Shown: in pieces, positions 1-9,538 of the stretch
Layout of the letters: each line of letters opens with the position of its first letter
Numbering within the stretch: the first letter of the stretch is position 1
Assembly: GCA_031370005.1 (NCBI GenBank)
Contig: JANMPT010000074.1
Span: forward strand, 1-57,361
Origin: Bdellovibrionales bacterium
Lineage (GTDB): Bacteria; Bdellovibrionota; Bdellovibrionia; Bdellovibrionales; Bdellovibrionaceae
Direction: 5' to 3'
DNA length: 57,361 nt
Translations under genes and position numbers: made by a program
Notes under the pieces: model-generated
Told to the model about the DNA's origin: nothing
Database searches by the model: none
The model's input: only the letters and a program-made list of their open reading frames with translations

Positions 1-2
1 GT

Positions 3-1691
3 TTTATCCCGAGCAACATACTGAATTTTTTTATTCTCAAGAATTTTTTGATTTTTTGGATCTGTTAGACGAGCTTTTACTTCAGAGTATTTTCCGGAAA
101 TCAGAGTCCTCATAAAGTCTTCTTCGGCTTTTAGTTGAGGCACATTGTTTTGTAGGTCAGGACGGTCCGTTGACTTCCTAAGGGCAAGACTTCCAGGGCG
201 GGTATCAGAACCAAGCAGACTTGTGCCCGTAGAGGCAGGCGCGCGCTGAGCGTTTTCATTTATATTAATAGCGGCTGCCTTTACAGCCAGGCCATTGCCA
301 AGCTCTCCATTAGCAGAAGCCACTTGGGGTTTTTGTATCGTGGGTAAATCATAAACTACGTCTGCGGTCGCAGTAGAAGCGATACTTCGTGAAGAGGTTG
401 CAGACCCAGTTACATGTAAGGGAGTGGATGTCGCGGCGAAGGAGGTAGTCGGACCTATATTGCCAACAGTGCCCTGGGCAAAAGCAACTGGAATGGCGGC
501 TTGGTAAGCGGTTTCAAATGTTTTTGAAAAAGCACCGAAAACACCTTTTGAAATACCAGAGAGAGTCTGAAACTGAGTGCTATTTTCCATAGAAAAGTTA
601 CTGTCCAAAGCTTTGGAGCTCTCACTGATAGCGGAGGCAATGGAGGTTTGAGGAACTACCTTGGCAGTGGAGGGAATATTAATTTCAACCCCATTCTTCT
701 TTTCTGCCAACACACGATCAAATGTTACCTTAGCGGTTTCTAGACTACTTTCCTGACTAGCATTTTTTTTCGTGTCGAAACATTCTTTAGCAATAGTCTC
801 AATGTTATTTTCATCCGGCATTCCAGAGTCGTGTAGCATCTCATGGAAAAAATCAATTTTAAAGTTTCTATCTTTTAGCGGTGGACTTACTTGAAAGAAA
901 GAAATATTACGAGAGGAGGACTCATAGCTGGCAACAGGCAAGGATTTGTCGGATTTCGAGCAGTTAATTTTGAATCCGTTGTCAAATACACTTTCTGCAA
1001 GAGCAGTTTTATACAGCCCGCCAATACGACGAGTAGCTATGTTCTTATCTAAACAGTTAACCAAGAAATTTGTTTCCGGCTTACCATCGCTGGTACCGCA
1101 GGCTTCGACAATCTGTGTTTCCATTTTTTCATATTCTGCGCCGAAAATATTTTTGCATTCGGGGCTTATCGCTCTTTTTATGGACTCTTTTTCCGAGTAT
1201 TTTTTTATCGCCTCGGCCCATGAGAGTGTGGAATGAGTGGCTTTATTATTGAATGCATTGGAATCTGTGCAATTTGCCATCTCATTATTGGAAGGCGCAG
1301 AGAAGGAGGAAAATCCTTCATCAGAAAAATATATTTTATTTGGAAGGGAGTAACTCGTAACATGTTTGAAGTTTTTCCCGTCAAATTTAAAGAGAGTAAC
1401 TACAGAAAAGAAACCAGCATCTTCAGCAAGCTTAAGAAAGGGGCCCCCAAGTTTTTTGTCACTTGTAAAGAAGATCGTTCTGTTACCTTGTTTGAGATAA
1501 AAGCTGTCGATTTTCTTGTTTGCTGTCGTAGACTGAAAAAAACCAGAAGTCCCATATGAAGCAAAGACAACCCTGTCCGCAGTTCCATCCTTGTTAAAGT
1601 CATTTTTTAAAATTAGATGCGGTTGCGTGTTTGCCTGAACAGCAATAACAATGAATAATGAAGATAAAATTATAATCTTTGAAAAATTCAT
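3..1691 (-). CDS. Secreted protein with HExxH (putative zincin) motif and Ser/Thr/Ala-rich C-terminal region; 3' end runs off the window
   Basis: Not in the ORF track. Hand translation from ATG at 1691 stays open to the window edge: MNFSKIIILSSLFIVIAVQA (signal-like), DFNKDGTAD at 1575-1601, FFHEMLHDSG (HEMLH at 831-845). Confidence 0.8.
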   Translation of the reverse strand, partial: MNFSKIIILSSLFIVIAVQANTQPHLILKNDFNKDGTADRVVFASYGTSGFFQSTTANKKIDSFYLKQGNRTIFFTSDKKLGGPFLKLAEDAGFFSVVTLFKFDGKNFKHVTSYSLPNKIYFSDEGFSSFSAPSNNEMANCTDSNAFNNKATHSTLSWAEAIKKYSEKESIKRAISPECKNIFGAEYEKMETQIVEACGTSDGKPETNFLVNCLDKNIATRRIGGLYKTALAESVFDNGFKINCSKSDKSLPVASYESSSRNISFFQVSPPLKDRNFKIDFFHEMLHDSGMPDENNIETIAKECFDTKKNASQESSLETAKVTFDRVLAEKKNGVEINIPSTAKVVPQTSIASAISESSKALDSNFSMENSTQFQTLSGISKGVFGAFSKTFETAYQAAIPVAFAQGTVGNIGPTTSFAATSTPLHVTGSATSSRSIASTATADVVYDLPTIQKPQVASANGELGNGLAVKAAAININENAQRAPASTGTSLLGSDTRPGSLALRKSTDRPDLQNNVPQLKAEEDFMRTLISGKYSEVKARLTDPKNQKILENKKIQYVARDK

Positions 1692-1758
1692 AACTCATTA
1701 AGTTTACAAGTATTGGTTTCTACTTATGAGTCTGGATTTATCTATCTAGATCTTTGTC

Positions 1759-2646
1759 TTAATCACACTTATCGGATTTAAGTGCACTTGCTATCAAGTC
1801 ACCTTGGGAGACTACTCCATCACTTTTACCTGAATCAAAGCTGACCGCTATGTTGGCTTTTTTACTCTCTTCGCTTCTGTCTAAACCGTCAAAATCCGCA
1901 TCTCCACCAACCATGCCAATTGCGTAGTATTTGCCATTGTCTTTATTTAAGGCAAGGGCTGGGCTTCCTGATTGGCCAGGTGTAACTTGGCAAGTGTGTT
2001 GTACATATCCGTAGATACTCATGCCGATAATTTTGCAGTTTTTATCGCCGTACATTGCTGAAAGATCCTTTCCATTTTGAGTCCTGCTGCCTGGGTAGCC
2101 AGCAGTGATAACCTGACGACCCTTCATGTGTTTTACATCCATCTGGAAGAAAGGAATTGTGTCAATTTCTTTGCCGACAGACTTTGAAAGTCTGATAATT
2201 GCCCAATCATTATTTGCAGAATTTAGAGTGTGTTCATATTCTCCGTGAGCGATAACTTTGCCATCAATTAAAGCATGGGTGAATGGCTTTTCTTTTGAAC
2301 CTGTTTGGCCGACGGAAAATGTGACTTTAGCTCCGTTTTTTTGAGCCTGACCTTTTTTGAAAACGACATGATTATTTGTAAGTACATGGCAAGAATCCAC
2401 TAAAAAACCAGAACCATAGGAGGTCATGTCAGCAGGAATTACGACTCCGATTGCATTCAATGCCTTATATTCTGGGGCAGTTCTGTCGATTTCAACACGC
2501 TCATCTTTTGCAGTTTGAGCTTCTATCTCTTCGGCGGCAGACGAAAGCTCACGAATTGCATTTTGCTTAGTGGCTCCACAGTCCTTAGCAGCATGAACCG
2601 TAGAAACCGTTAGTACCATCAAAGTTGTAAGAATTATTGTTTTCAT
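1759..2646 (-). CDS. Secreted trypsin-like (V8/S1-type) serine protease
   Basis: Signal peptide ending TVHA; triad motifs LTNNHVV, NNDWAII, TPGQSGSP. Confidence 0.9.
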   Translation of the reverse strand: MKTIILTTLMVLTVSTVHAAKDCGATKQNAIRELSSAAEEIEAQTAKDERVEIDRTAPEYKALNAIGVVIPADMTSYGSGFLVDSCHVLTNNHVVFKKGQAQKNGAKVTFSVGQTGSKEKPFTHALIDGKVIAHGEYEHTLNSANNDWAIIRLSKSVGKEIDTIPFFQMDVKHMKGRQVITAGYPGSRTQNGKDLSAMYGDKNCKIIGMSIYGYVQHTCQVTPGQSGSPALALNKDNGKYYAIGMVGGDADFDGLDRSEESKKANIAVSFDSGKSDGVVSQGDLIASALKSDKCD

Positions 2647-2925
2647 GTTTGCTGCTCCTCTTGACTAAGTACTATTCCAAGAAGTACGCCGTCGCAGGAC
2701 TCAATATGTTGTTTTCAGAGGGGTTTTTCTAATTCTGAGACACCCAAAAAGGGCGCTTAGTGCCGTTTTTGGGAAGCCGACTTTCGCTTGGGGTATGTTC
2801 GAGCGTTTCGCTTTGATACGCTCATACACAAAGAGCCTCGGGTGCGCGGAGCTCCGAACTAGTCTTAGGGCTCGATAACTAGGCCTCGTTGGAATCGATT
2901 GGCTCCGTTCCATTCGCAGACTAAA

Positions 2926-4956
2926 ATGAATTATCAACACGAGGGTCCATATTTGAGTCTATTAAATCGGAAATCAATTTCTGTCACTTATCTGCTTTTG
3001 GTGGTCTTGATGATTACGATGAGCAGCTGGAATCTTTTTACTTACTATAAAGATGTTCGTGGCAAGTCGGTAGAAAATATCGAGTTTCAACAACGCATGA
3101 TCGGCATCAGTCTTGGGCACCTCGAAAAGCTGTTGGCCTCAGGGCAACAGGAGGCAGCACTAACTCTTATTGATGCAAATTATTCGAGTAATTTTTTTGA
3201 TTTTTTTGTAGTACTTAAGAAAGGTCAAATACTGACCGAATCTTCGAATATTGGCAGTTTCGATGTTAATTCCATTCCTGAAAATGCGCGCAATTATGAA
3301 ATAAAAACTGCTGAGAACAAATTCTATCTTTTTCGGCAAAAGGCCGGTGACTATGACATGGTTCTTGGTTACTTTCCGGCGGATACCACAAAACTTTCTC
3401 TGGAAGAAATTCTACGAATTTTTTCACATAATGTGCAGGATACCGCAATTCTATTTATCGCCATCACTGGCCTTGTCCTTCGCGAGTACTTTAGGCAGAT
3501 AAAATTGATCAAGCAAGGAAAGCGCGAAGACTTCGAAAAGATGAATCCACTTACTTCCGAGGGAAAACTTCTTAAAGAACTTTTTTTGCATGCCTCGAAT
3601 TTGACCCATCAAAAGATTGAGCTCGAAGTTCCCGATGGAGTTGAGATCGAACTTTCGCTGGGTACCAAGGACCGCACGATCTTTAAAGGTGCCATCGTCA
3701 GGGTTGACTTGAATCAATACTCGAAACTTTGCAAAGAGCTTGGTCAAGCGCGGGTCGACTCGATGCTCTCTCCGGTGTTTTCAGATTTCCGCGAGATTGC
3801 GCAACGCTATGCTTTCTATGAAGTGGCTGATGAGGGGGACGAACGCGTTTTTTACCACCGCTCGGATAATTCTGAAGAAGCCACTCGCTTAGGGCTTTCG
3901 GTGATTCGCGGGATGTTCGAGCTTGGCAAACTTCATAGTACGAATTTGAAGTCTCTGCAGGGCGTCGACTTTATATTTAAAGCTTCATATTCCTATGACG
4001 ATCTTCTTTTCGTTAAAGAAGATGGAAAGTACAAGCTTAAGGGGAATGCACACATCATTTCCAAGCGTTGCATTGGAAGCTTCAAAGAGAGGGCTGAGAA
4101 AGAGTTCGTGATCGCACTGCCGAAAAAAGATTTTGCTGGAAGCGAGCTTCTTTGCCGAAACTTCACTGTGGAAATGCTTGATCTCCAAGGCCTGGGCTCT
4201 ATGGAAATTGTTTTCATTAAGGAGCTGGAAGAAGCGCCGGATGTCCCGGAGAGGGCAAAGTACTTCTGCTCCAATGAAGAGATCTTGACGCAACTTCTCG
4301 AACTCCATAAGAACTGGAGCGAAAATAAATTCTGGGGCCTTTATATGACTCTTAAGGATCTCAAAATTATTATCCGTCGCTCCGAGCATACTCAGGCCGT
4401 TCTCACTCTTTTAATGGAGGCAGAGAAACGCTCCTCATCTCCAGAAGTGATAGCTTCTTTGCTCATGCTAGTTCCAAAAGTCACTCCGGCGACGGATGCA
4501 AATGAGGAAGCAAATGCGACACTGCGAAAGTTTATGAAATCCGAAAATGCCCGCATCCGAGCCAATGCCCTTGAGGGCCTTGGGGAGTTAAGTGCGGCAG
4601 TCGATGATGCTCGTCGGATGCTTTCGGCAGAGGATAGTCGTACAAAGGCAAATGCCTTACTAATTCTTGGCAAAAAAGAAATGAATTCAGAAGTCGAAAA
4701 AAATCTTCACAAATTTTTGCGATCGGGAAATGAGAATAAAATTTTAAGTGGACTTTTTGTGGTGGATAAACTTTTTTCCTACCACTCAAGAAGGGATTTA
4801 ACTTTTTTTAGAACATCCTCCTTCTTCAAGGATCTTCTCGGCGAAGTGAACAAGCTTAAGCAAGATCCTTCTGCTAAAGTAAAAAACAAGGTGGATCTCA
4901 TTACTGATATTCACGGTGATTTGCTTAATTCTTTTCATTCCAGTCGAAATTTTTGA
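2926..4956 (+). CDS. Membrane protein with class III nucleotide cyclase-like domain and C-terminal HEAT repeats
   Basis: Two hydrophobic segments bracket an extracytoplasmic region; VRVDLNQYS and EGDE metal-binding motifs; HEAT-like RIRANALEGLG and RTKANALLILG. ATG 2926 preferred over TTG 2899. Confidence 0.7.
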   Translation: MNYQHEGPYLSLLNRKSISVTYLLLVVLMITMSSWNLFTYYKDVRGKSVENIEFQQRMIGISLGHLEKLLASGQQEAALTLIDANYSSNFFDFFVVLKKGQILTESSNIGSFDVNSIPENARNYEIKTAENKFYLFRQKAGDYDMVLGYFPADTTKLSLEEILRIFSHNVQDTAILFIAITGLVLREYFRQIKLIKQGKREDFEKMNPLTSEGKLLKELFLHASNLTHQKIELEVPDGVEIELSLGTKDRTIFKGAIVRVDLNQYSKLCKELGQARVDSMLSPVFSDFREIAQRYAFYEVADEGDERVFYHRSDNSEEATRLGLSVIRGMFELGKLHSTNLKSLQGVDFIFKASYSYDDLLFVKEDGKYKLKGNAHIISKRCIGSFKERAEKEFVIALPKKDFAGSELLCRNFTVEMLDLQGLGSMEIVFIKELEEAPDVPERAKYFCSNEEILTQLLELHKNWSENKFWGLYMTLKDLKIIIRRSEHTQAVLTLLMEAEKRSSSPEVIASLLMLVPKVTPATDANEEANATLRKFMKSENARIRANALEGLGELSAAVDDARRMLSAEDSRTKANALLILGKKEMNSEVEKNLHKFLRSGNENKILSGLFVVDKLFSYHSRRDLTFFRTSSFFKDLLGEVNKLKQDPSAKVKNKVDLITDIHGDLLNSFHSSRNF

Positions 4957-5470
4957 CGAGTTGGTTGCAAGAAACGAGAGTTTTTTGGAAACTTGTTTGG
5001 TTATCCAAACAAGTCAGGATCGCCATGTGCTGACCATTTTGTAAAATCACTTGACGGATTTGCTTGTTTTTACTTTTTTGCACCATATCGACGACCAAGC
5101 CCGGAATGCCGTCAACGGCAAAAGCTTTTGTACCTAAAACCTCAAAACCATAACTAGGATAATCGCGCATCCATTTTTTAGCATACGATTCTAGGCTAGC
5201 TTGTTTTGATATTGTATCTGTTCGTACGGACAATGAGGCCGTGGATTCGATATCACCTTTAGGAGTGAAGCGAACAGATTCAAACAAAGACTCTTTGTTT
5301 TGGGGAACCGGTAACCAGTCCGTTCCGAGTGTTCTTAAGTTAAAGCCCTGACTTTGAAAGTAATGGCCCTGCTGTGGATCCGTGAGCACCGAAGAACTAG
5401 TAGCTGGGTGCGGGGCCGCCATAGCAGCACTAGAAAGTAGTAATAAAATGCTTAAGAGTGTGCACTTCAT
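4925..5470 (-). CDS. Secreted hypothetical protein (PsbP/DcrB-like fold possible)
   Basis: Signal peptide; ATGA overlap with upstream gene; fold guess from residue pattern only. Confidence 0.6.
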   Translation of the reverse strand: MKCTLLSILLLLSSAAMAAPHPATSSSVLTDPQQGHYFQSQGFNLRTLGTDWLPVPQNKESLFESVRFTPKGDIESTASLSVRTDTISKQASLESYAKKWMRDYPSYGFEVLGTKAFAVDGIPGLVVDMVQKSKNKQIRQVILQNGQHMAILTCLDNQTSFQKTLVSCNQLVKNFDWNEKN

Positions 5471-6486
5471 TTTTTCAGTGTATCTGAAGGTGCTTGTTCA
5501 TTGCAAGGGCCAAGATTCACAGGCAAGTCCCAACGATAGACTTGGCTTTTATCTGAACCTGTCACGCGGAAGAGCATAAGATTTGGATTTTTCACAGAGA
5601 ACTGCATTTCTGAAAAATGCAGTTTGTTTTTTAAAAGGGTCTGGGTGCAAAGCTTGCTTTCGTCATAGAGATCGATCTGGCTAAACTCCGCGCCTTCAGG
5701 AATCCAACTATAAAAGAGTTCGTTTTTTCGGTTAAGAACCACGCTATTGATAAACCCCTTGAGGCTTCGGACGATCCTGTGTCCTTTTCCCCAGACAGTG
5801 GCCGTTATAATATTTTGTGTTTTATCAGAAGGGTTTTCTTCAATCCAGTATAAATTTTGACCATCAGGGGCCAGAGAGGCGCTGCGCTGTGGGTGCTCTT
5901 TGTTAAATTGAAAGTGGGTCACCTTATCTGTCCGAAGGTCTAGCCAGTAGAGCCCCGGGACCGCTCCACGAATGGAGGTGAATAGCATTTTTTTCTTTAT
6001 CGGCACAAAAATCATCTCACCATCAAAGCCCGGAGAATTGGTCAAGCGACCAATGTCATTGCCAAACAAATCACTGTGATAGATCTCGGCTTTTGGATAT
6101 CTAGGATCTGGATCCTTCGCAAAAGGTTGTTCTTTGATTTCATCCGTAGTTGACGAATATAAAATTTGATCCCTCTTGAGAGGAAATACAGTGAGAACAT
6201 CGCCATCTTGAAACGTGATGCGACGATCCCTTTGCATTGTAAGGTCGTACTCGTGAATTTGCGTGTTCTTATGGCCTTTGCGATTTTTACTGATGTAAAA
6301 AATTTTCTCGCCATCCACTGAAAAAACGGCGCCACGATTATAACCCTGAGATAATACCACGCTGGCATCTTTGGATTGTAGGTAATCCACCTCTGCCGGC
6401 AGTTCTGTTTTCTTAGATTTGGATTGGCAAGCGAAAAGAACTGCGCAAAGCCCGATAAAAATAAAAAACCTCACGGGGAAGCTCAC
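5467..6486 (-). CDS. TolB/PD40-like beta-propeller lipoprotein
   Basis: Lipobox LFAC; repeats FSVDGEKIFYIS, RRIT, RLTNSPGFDGE, LAPDGQNLYW. Start placed at GTG 6486, which overlaps the mutY stop (GTGA). Confidence 0.75.
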   Translation of the reverse strand: MSFPVRFFIFIGLCAVLFACQSKSKKTELPAEVDYLQSKDASVVLSQGYNRGAVFSVDGEKIFYISKNRKGHKNTQIHEYDLTMQRDRRITFQDGDVLTVFPLKRDQILYSSTTDEIKEQPFAKDPDPRYPKAEIYHSDLFGNDIGRLTNSPGFDGEMIFVPIKKKMLFTSIRGAVPGLYWLDLRTDKVTHFQFNKEHPQRSASLAPDGQNLYWIEENPSDKTQNIITATVWGKGHRIVRSLKGFINSVVLNRKNELFYSWIPEGAEFSQIDLYDESKLCTQTLLKNKLHFSEMQFSVKNPNLMLFRVTGSDKSQVYRWDLPVNLGPCNEQAPSDTLKK

Positions 6487-7454
6487 GCTGTCTCCACTTT
6501 TCTTAATACTTTCGTTAATAAGCTTGAGGGGTTTACTTGTTTGAGGTTTTGGAGCTCCACCCATTGCGCAGTTTTCGAAAGTCCTGAGGCCGACGAGGCT
6601 ATTTTAATCTGAATATATATATCGTGATGAGTGATGAGATGCTTAACATCAAATTTTCCAGGTTTTTCTTTCAAGGGCAGAACTTTTCCTGGAAAAATCC
6701 ATTGGCCTTTTAAAAAAGGGGCATAGTTATTTTGAACCAAAGCTACCTGATTTTTTTGGAGACGGATTTCAGGCCGCCAAACCCATACTTCACTTTTTTT
6801 ACGTGGTCTTTTTTGTGGTAATTTTCCAATCATGTTTTTATTGCGAGCAACACAACTGGAACTCCAAGGACATAAAATGCAGGCGACTTTTTGTGGCGTG
6901 CACAGGGTCGCGCCTAGCTCCATCAGGGCTTGATTTGTCTCGGACGGAGAGCCCATTTGTGCAAGGTCATCGGATATTTTTTGCAACTCCTCGCGCCCAG
7001 CGGAACTCCACCACTTAAGATTTTTTCCATATTTGCGAGAAAGGACTCGGATCACATTGCCGTCAAGAACCCCAACGGCCTCATTGTATGCGAGACTTGC
7101 CACGGCCCGAGATGTGTAAGGACCAAACCCCGGAAGCAGTAAAAGTTGTGCTGCGCTTTTAGGAAAACCTTCGGTCGCAATGGTCTTAGCCGCTTTATGA
7201 AGATTTCGTGCCCGAGAATAATAACCAAGTCCCGCCCAGGCTTCGAGAACTTTGGCTTCTGGTGCATTGGCGAGATCCAATACGCTTGGAAAGCGCTCTA
7301 AGAATTTTTCGTAATAAGGAATAACCGCCATCACGGTGGTTTGTTGCAGCATCACTTCTGATATCCATATATGATAAGCGTCTTTGCTGCGACGCCAAGG
7401 CAGATCTCTTTTATTTTCTTGATACCAATGTAGAAGCCTTTTGTGATCGCGCAT
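6483..7454 (-). CDS. mutY: A/G-specific adenine glycosylase
   Basis: RDLPWR, WISEVMLQQT, GLGYYSRARNL, HhH LPGFGPYT, DGNVIRV, Fe-S motif CTPQKVACILCPWSSSC. Confidence 0.95.
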   Translation of the reverse strand: MRDHKRLLHWYQENKRDLPWRRSKDAYHIWISEVMLQQTTVMAVIPYYEKFLERFPSVLDLANAPEAKVLEAWAGLGYYSRARNLHKAAKTIATEGFPKSAAQLLLLPGFGPYTSRAVASLAYNEAVGVLDGNVIRVLSRKYGKNLKWWSSAGREELQKISDDLAQMGSPSETNQALMELGATLCTPQKVACILCPWSSSCVARNKNMIGKLPQKRPRKKSEVWVWRPEIRLQKNQVALVQNNYAPFLKGQWIFPGKVLPLKEKPGKFDVKHLITHHDIYIQIKIASSASGLSKTAQWVELQNLKQVNPSSLLTKVLRKVETA

Positions 7455-7460
7455 GGGTGA

Positions 7461-7489
7461 AATGTAGTCGATAAAGCCATTGTTTCCAA
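7461..7489 (-). promoter_or_regulatory. Sigma70-type promoter of mutY (probably leaderless)
   Basis: TTGGAA-N17-TACATT, then 6 nt, then ATG at 7454. Confidence 0.5.
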
Positions 7490-7547
7490 ATGCTTTTTGT
7501 CAGATACTATAGCCTCTAACAAGAGTGCTAAAAGGGGAGAACGCATC

Positions 7548-8498
7548 ATGGATTACAAACCTCTCAGTGGTCGTGAGTTCCCACGGTTTTCGGGAATCAA
7601 AACATTTTTTAGATTACCCAATGTGCCTCTCGATGCGGATTATGAAGTCGGGATTTTTGGTATTCCCTATGACGGTGGGGTATCTTATCGCCCAGGTTCT
7701 CGTTTCGCACCATCAGCAGTGAGGGAAATGTCGAGCCTTGGTCGTGGCTTTCACATGACCCGCGAGCTCAATTGGATCGAGAAGCTTAAAGTCGCTGACA
7801 TTGGGGATTGCTCCACGGTGCCCATAGATCAAACCCAGACCTACGCACTCATCGAAAAGCATGTGAGCGAGGTTCTAGCTCAAAAGAAAAAGTTTATTGC
7901 CTGTGGTGGAGATCATTCCATAACACTTCCGGTTTTACGCGCACTTAGAAAGCATTACGGAAAACCACTTCAGTTTATTCACTTTGATGCACATTTAGAT
8001 ACATATCCTGCAGCCTGGGGTTGTGAATATCATCATGGGGCTTTTGCTCGTCACGCGGTGGAAGAAGGCTTAGTGGATCCAAAGAAAATGATGCAAATTG
8101 GAATCAGAGGCCCCCTTGCTGCCGAAAACGATCTTGATTTCGTAAACAAACATGGCATTCGGGTTTTCACTATGGATGACATTCGCGCAGCTCATTTGAA
8201 CGATTTCTTAAATCTATTGCCTGCATGTGACAATACTCCGACATATATTAGCTTTGATGTGGATTGCCTGGATCCTGCCTATGCTCCTGGCACTGGGACT
8301 CCTGTGCCAGGGGGCCTCACGAGTTATGAGGCTCAGCGAATTTTGCGACAATTAAAAATTCCAAATCTCGTAGGCGGAGATGTTGTTGAAATTTCCCCAC
8401 CTTTTGATCATGGTGGCATCACTTCACTTATTGGAGTGGACGTGATGTTTGAGTATCTTTGCATAATGGCCGGAAATAAAAAGACCGCTGTAATCTAG
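7548..8498 (+). CDS. speB: Agmatinase (ureohydrolase family)
   Basis: GGDHS, HFDAHLD, SFDVDCLDPAYAPGTGTPVPGG; GGAGA SD before ATG 7548. Confidence 0.92.
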   Translation: MDYKPLSGREFPRFSGIKTFFRLPNVPLDADYEVGIFGIPYDGGVSYRPGSRFAPSAVREMSSLGRGFHMTRELNWIEKLKVADIGDCSTVPIDQTQTYALIEKHVSEVLAQKKKFIACGGDHSITLPVLRALRKHYGKPLQFIHFDAHLDTYPAAWGCEYHHGAFARHAVEEGLVDPKKMMQIGIRGPLAAENDLDFVNKHGIRVFTMDDIRAAHLNDFLNLLPACDNTPTYISFDVDCLDPAYAPGTGTPVPGGLTSYEAQRILRQLKIPNLVGGDVVEISPPFDHGGITSLIGVDVMFEYLCIMAGNKKTAVI

Positions 8499-8722
8499 AT
8501 GGTTATCGCTGGAGTCTTTTGGACATGAACAGGAGCAAGATGCCCGTTCCATGGCCATACTCATTCCATCCGCGGGCAGCGGTCTGTTCGCAGTGTCTTT
8601 AAAATCTCAAAAAACCTCCCCGTGGAGCCTCCGAAGTCCCTGTTAACACCCAACAAAACTCATTGTTTACAACAGAAACTAGTTGCCATGTTTTACCTTA
8701 TAAACTATATTGCCCTAAATTT

Positions 8723-9301
8723 ATGACCAAACAAGCCAGCTTTTTTGACTACCACAAGATGAAAGAAACCAAAGCCAAATACGGCAGGACCTGCCATGGT
8801 GGAGCGACATCCCGTGGACATCGTAAAGAACAGCGTCCGCTAGCCGCAGGAAAGTGGATCCACCTGGTACTAAAATCAGAGCACGCAAAAGGGGCTTGGA
8901 GTTTTTTAACTCCTGCAAATTCAATTTACCTAGATCAAATCCTAAGAGAAAAAGCTGCGAAGTTTGGGGTCTTCATTGCTGAGATAGTTAATGTTGGAAA
9001 CCATCTTCATATCAAGTGCAGGTTTAAGTACCGCCAAGGCTTTCAGAATTTCTTGCGAGCCGTGACTTGCATCATTGCGCGAAAAATCACTAAATCATAT
9101 CGTGGGAGCAAGCTCTCCACTCCCTTTTGGCAGGGCTTAGCCTTTACAAGGGTATTAAAAAGCTCTTTTGAAGAGATGCAGCTTAAAGGCTATTTTCAGG
9201 CCAATCGCGAGCAGGCTGAGAAGGGTTATTCGGCCCGCCAAGAATACTTGGATAGATTCAATCGCTGGGTTTATCGACTGCGGGTTCAGGATTATTCCTG
9301 A
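8723..9301 (+). mobile_element. HUH/Y1 transposase (IS200/RAYT-like)
   Basis: IHLVLKS, HUH motif GNHLHI, FLR, FW, C-terminal YFQAN (catalytic Tyr position); upstream TTGCCA-N17-TATATT at 8683-8711. Confidence 0.8.
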
Positions 9302-9483
9302 GGGATGATTGCCGGCGTGGATAATGTCATGCTGTCAATATCGCACTTTTTTGGCGCAGCTTCAATCAACGGAAACCCGGCGCCGAGCTGTCGACAGCTT
9401 TGACAGCGGCCCTTTTACGGCGTTTTTTTTTGGGTGGCTCTCAGGCCAAATCAAAACAAAGACAGCCACGCAACAAGAAAACC

Positions 9484-9499
9484 TGGCCCACCCCTTGCT
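9484..9499 (+). promoter_or_regulatory. Sigma54 (-24/-12) promoter
   Basis: TGGCCCACCCCTTGCT: GG-N10-GC, about 40 nt upstream of ATG 9539. Confidence 0.65.
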
Positions 9500-9538
9500 C
9501 CTGTTGATATCGTCTTTTAGTTTTTATGAGGAGGCGAT

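Noticed and set aside
455..1603. Five short ORFs in the track (455-640, 946-1236, 1070-1252, 1233-1559, 1400-1603)
   Set aside because: All are shadows of the long minus-strand ORF 3-1691 that runs off the window
2675..2691. Sigma54-like site CGGCGTACTTCTTGGAA upstream of the protease
   Set aside because: Spacing fits but both the -24 and -12 elements deviate; too weak to call
2701..2940. 79-aa ORF in the structured intergenic region
   Set aside because: No SD or recognisable motif, and it overlaps the start of the cyclase gene
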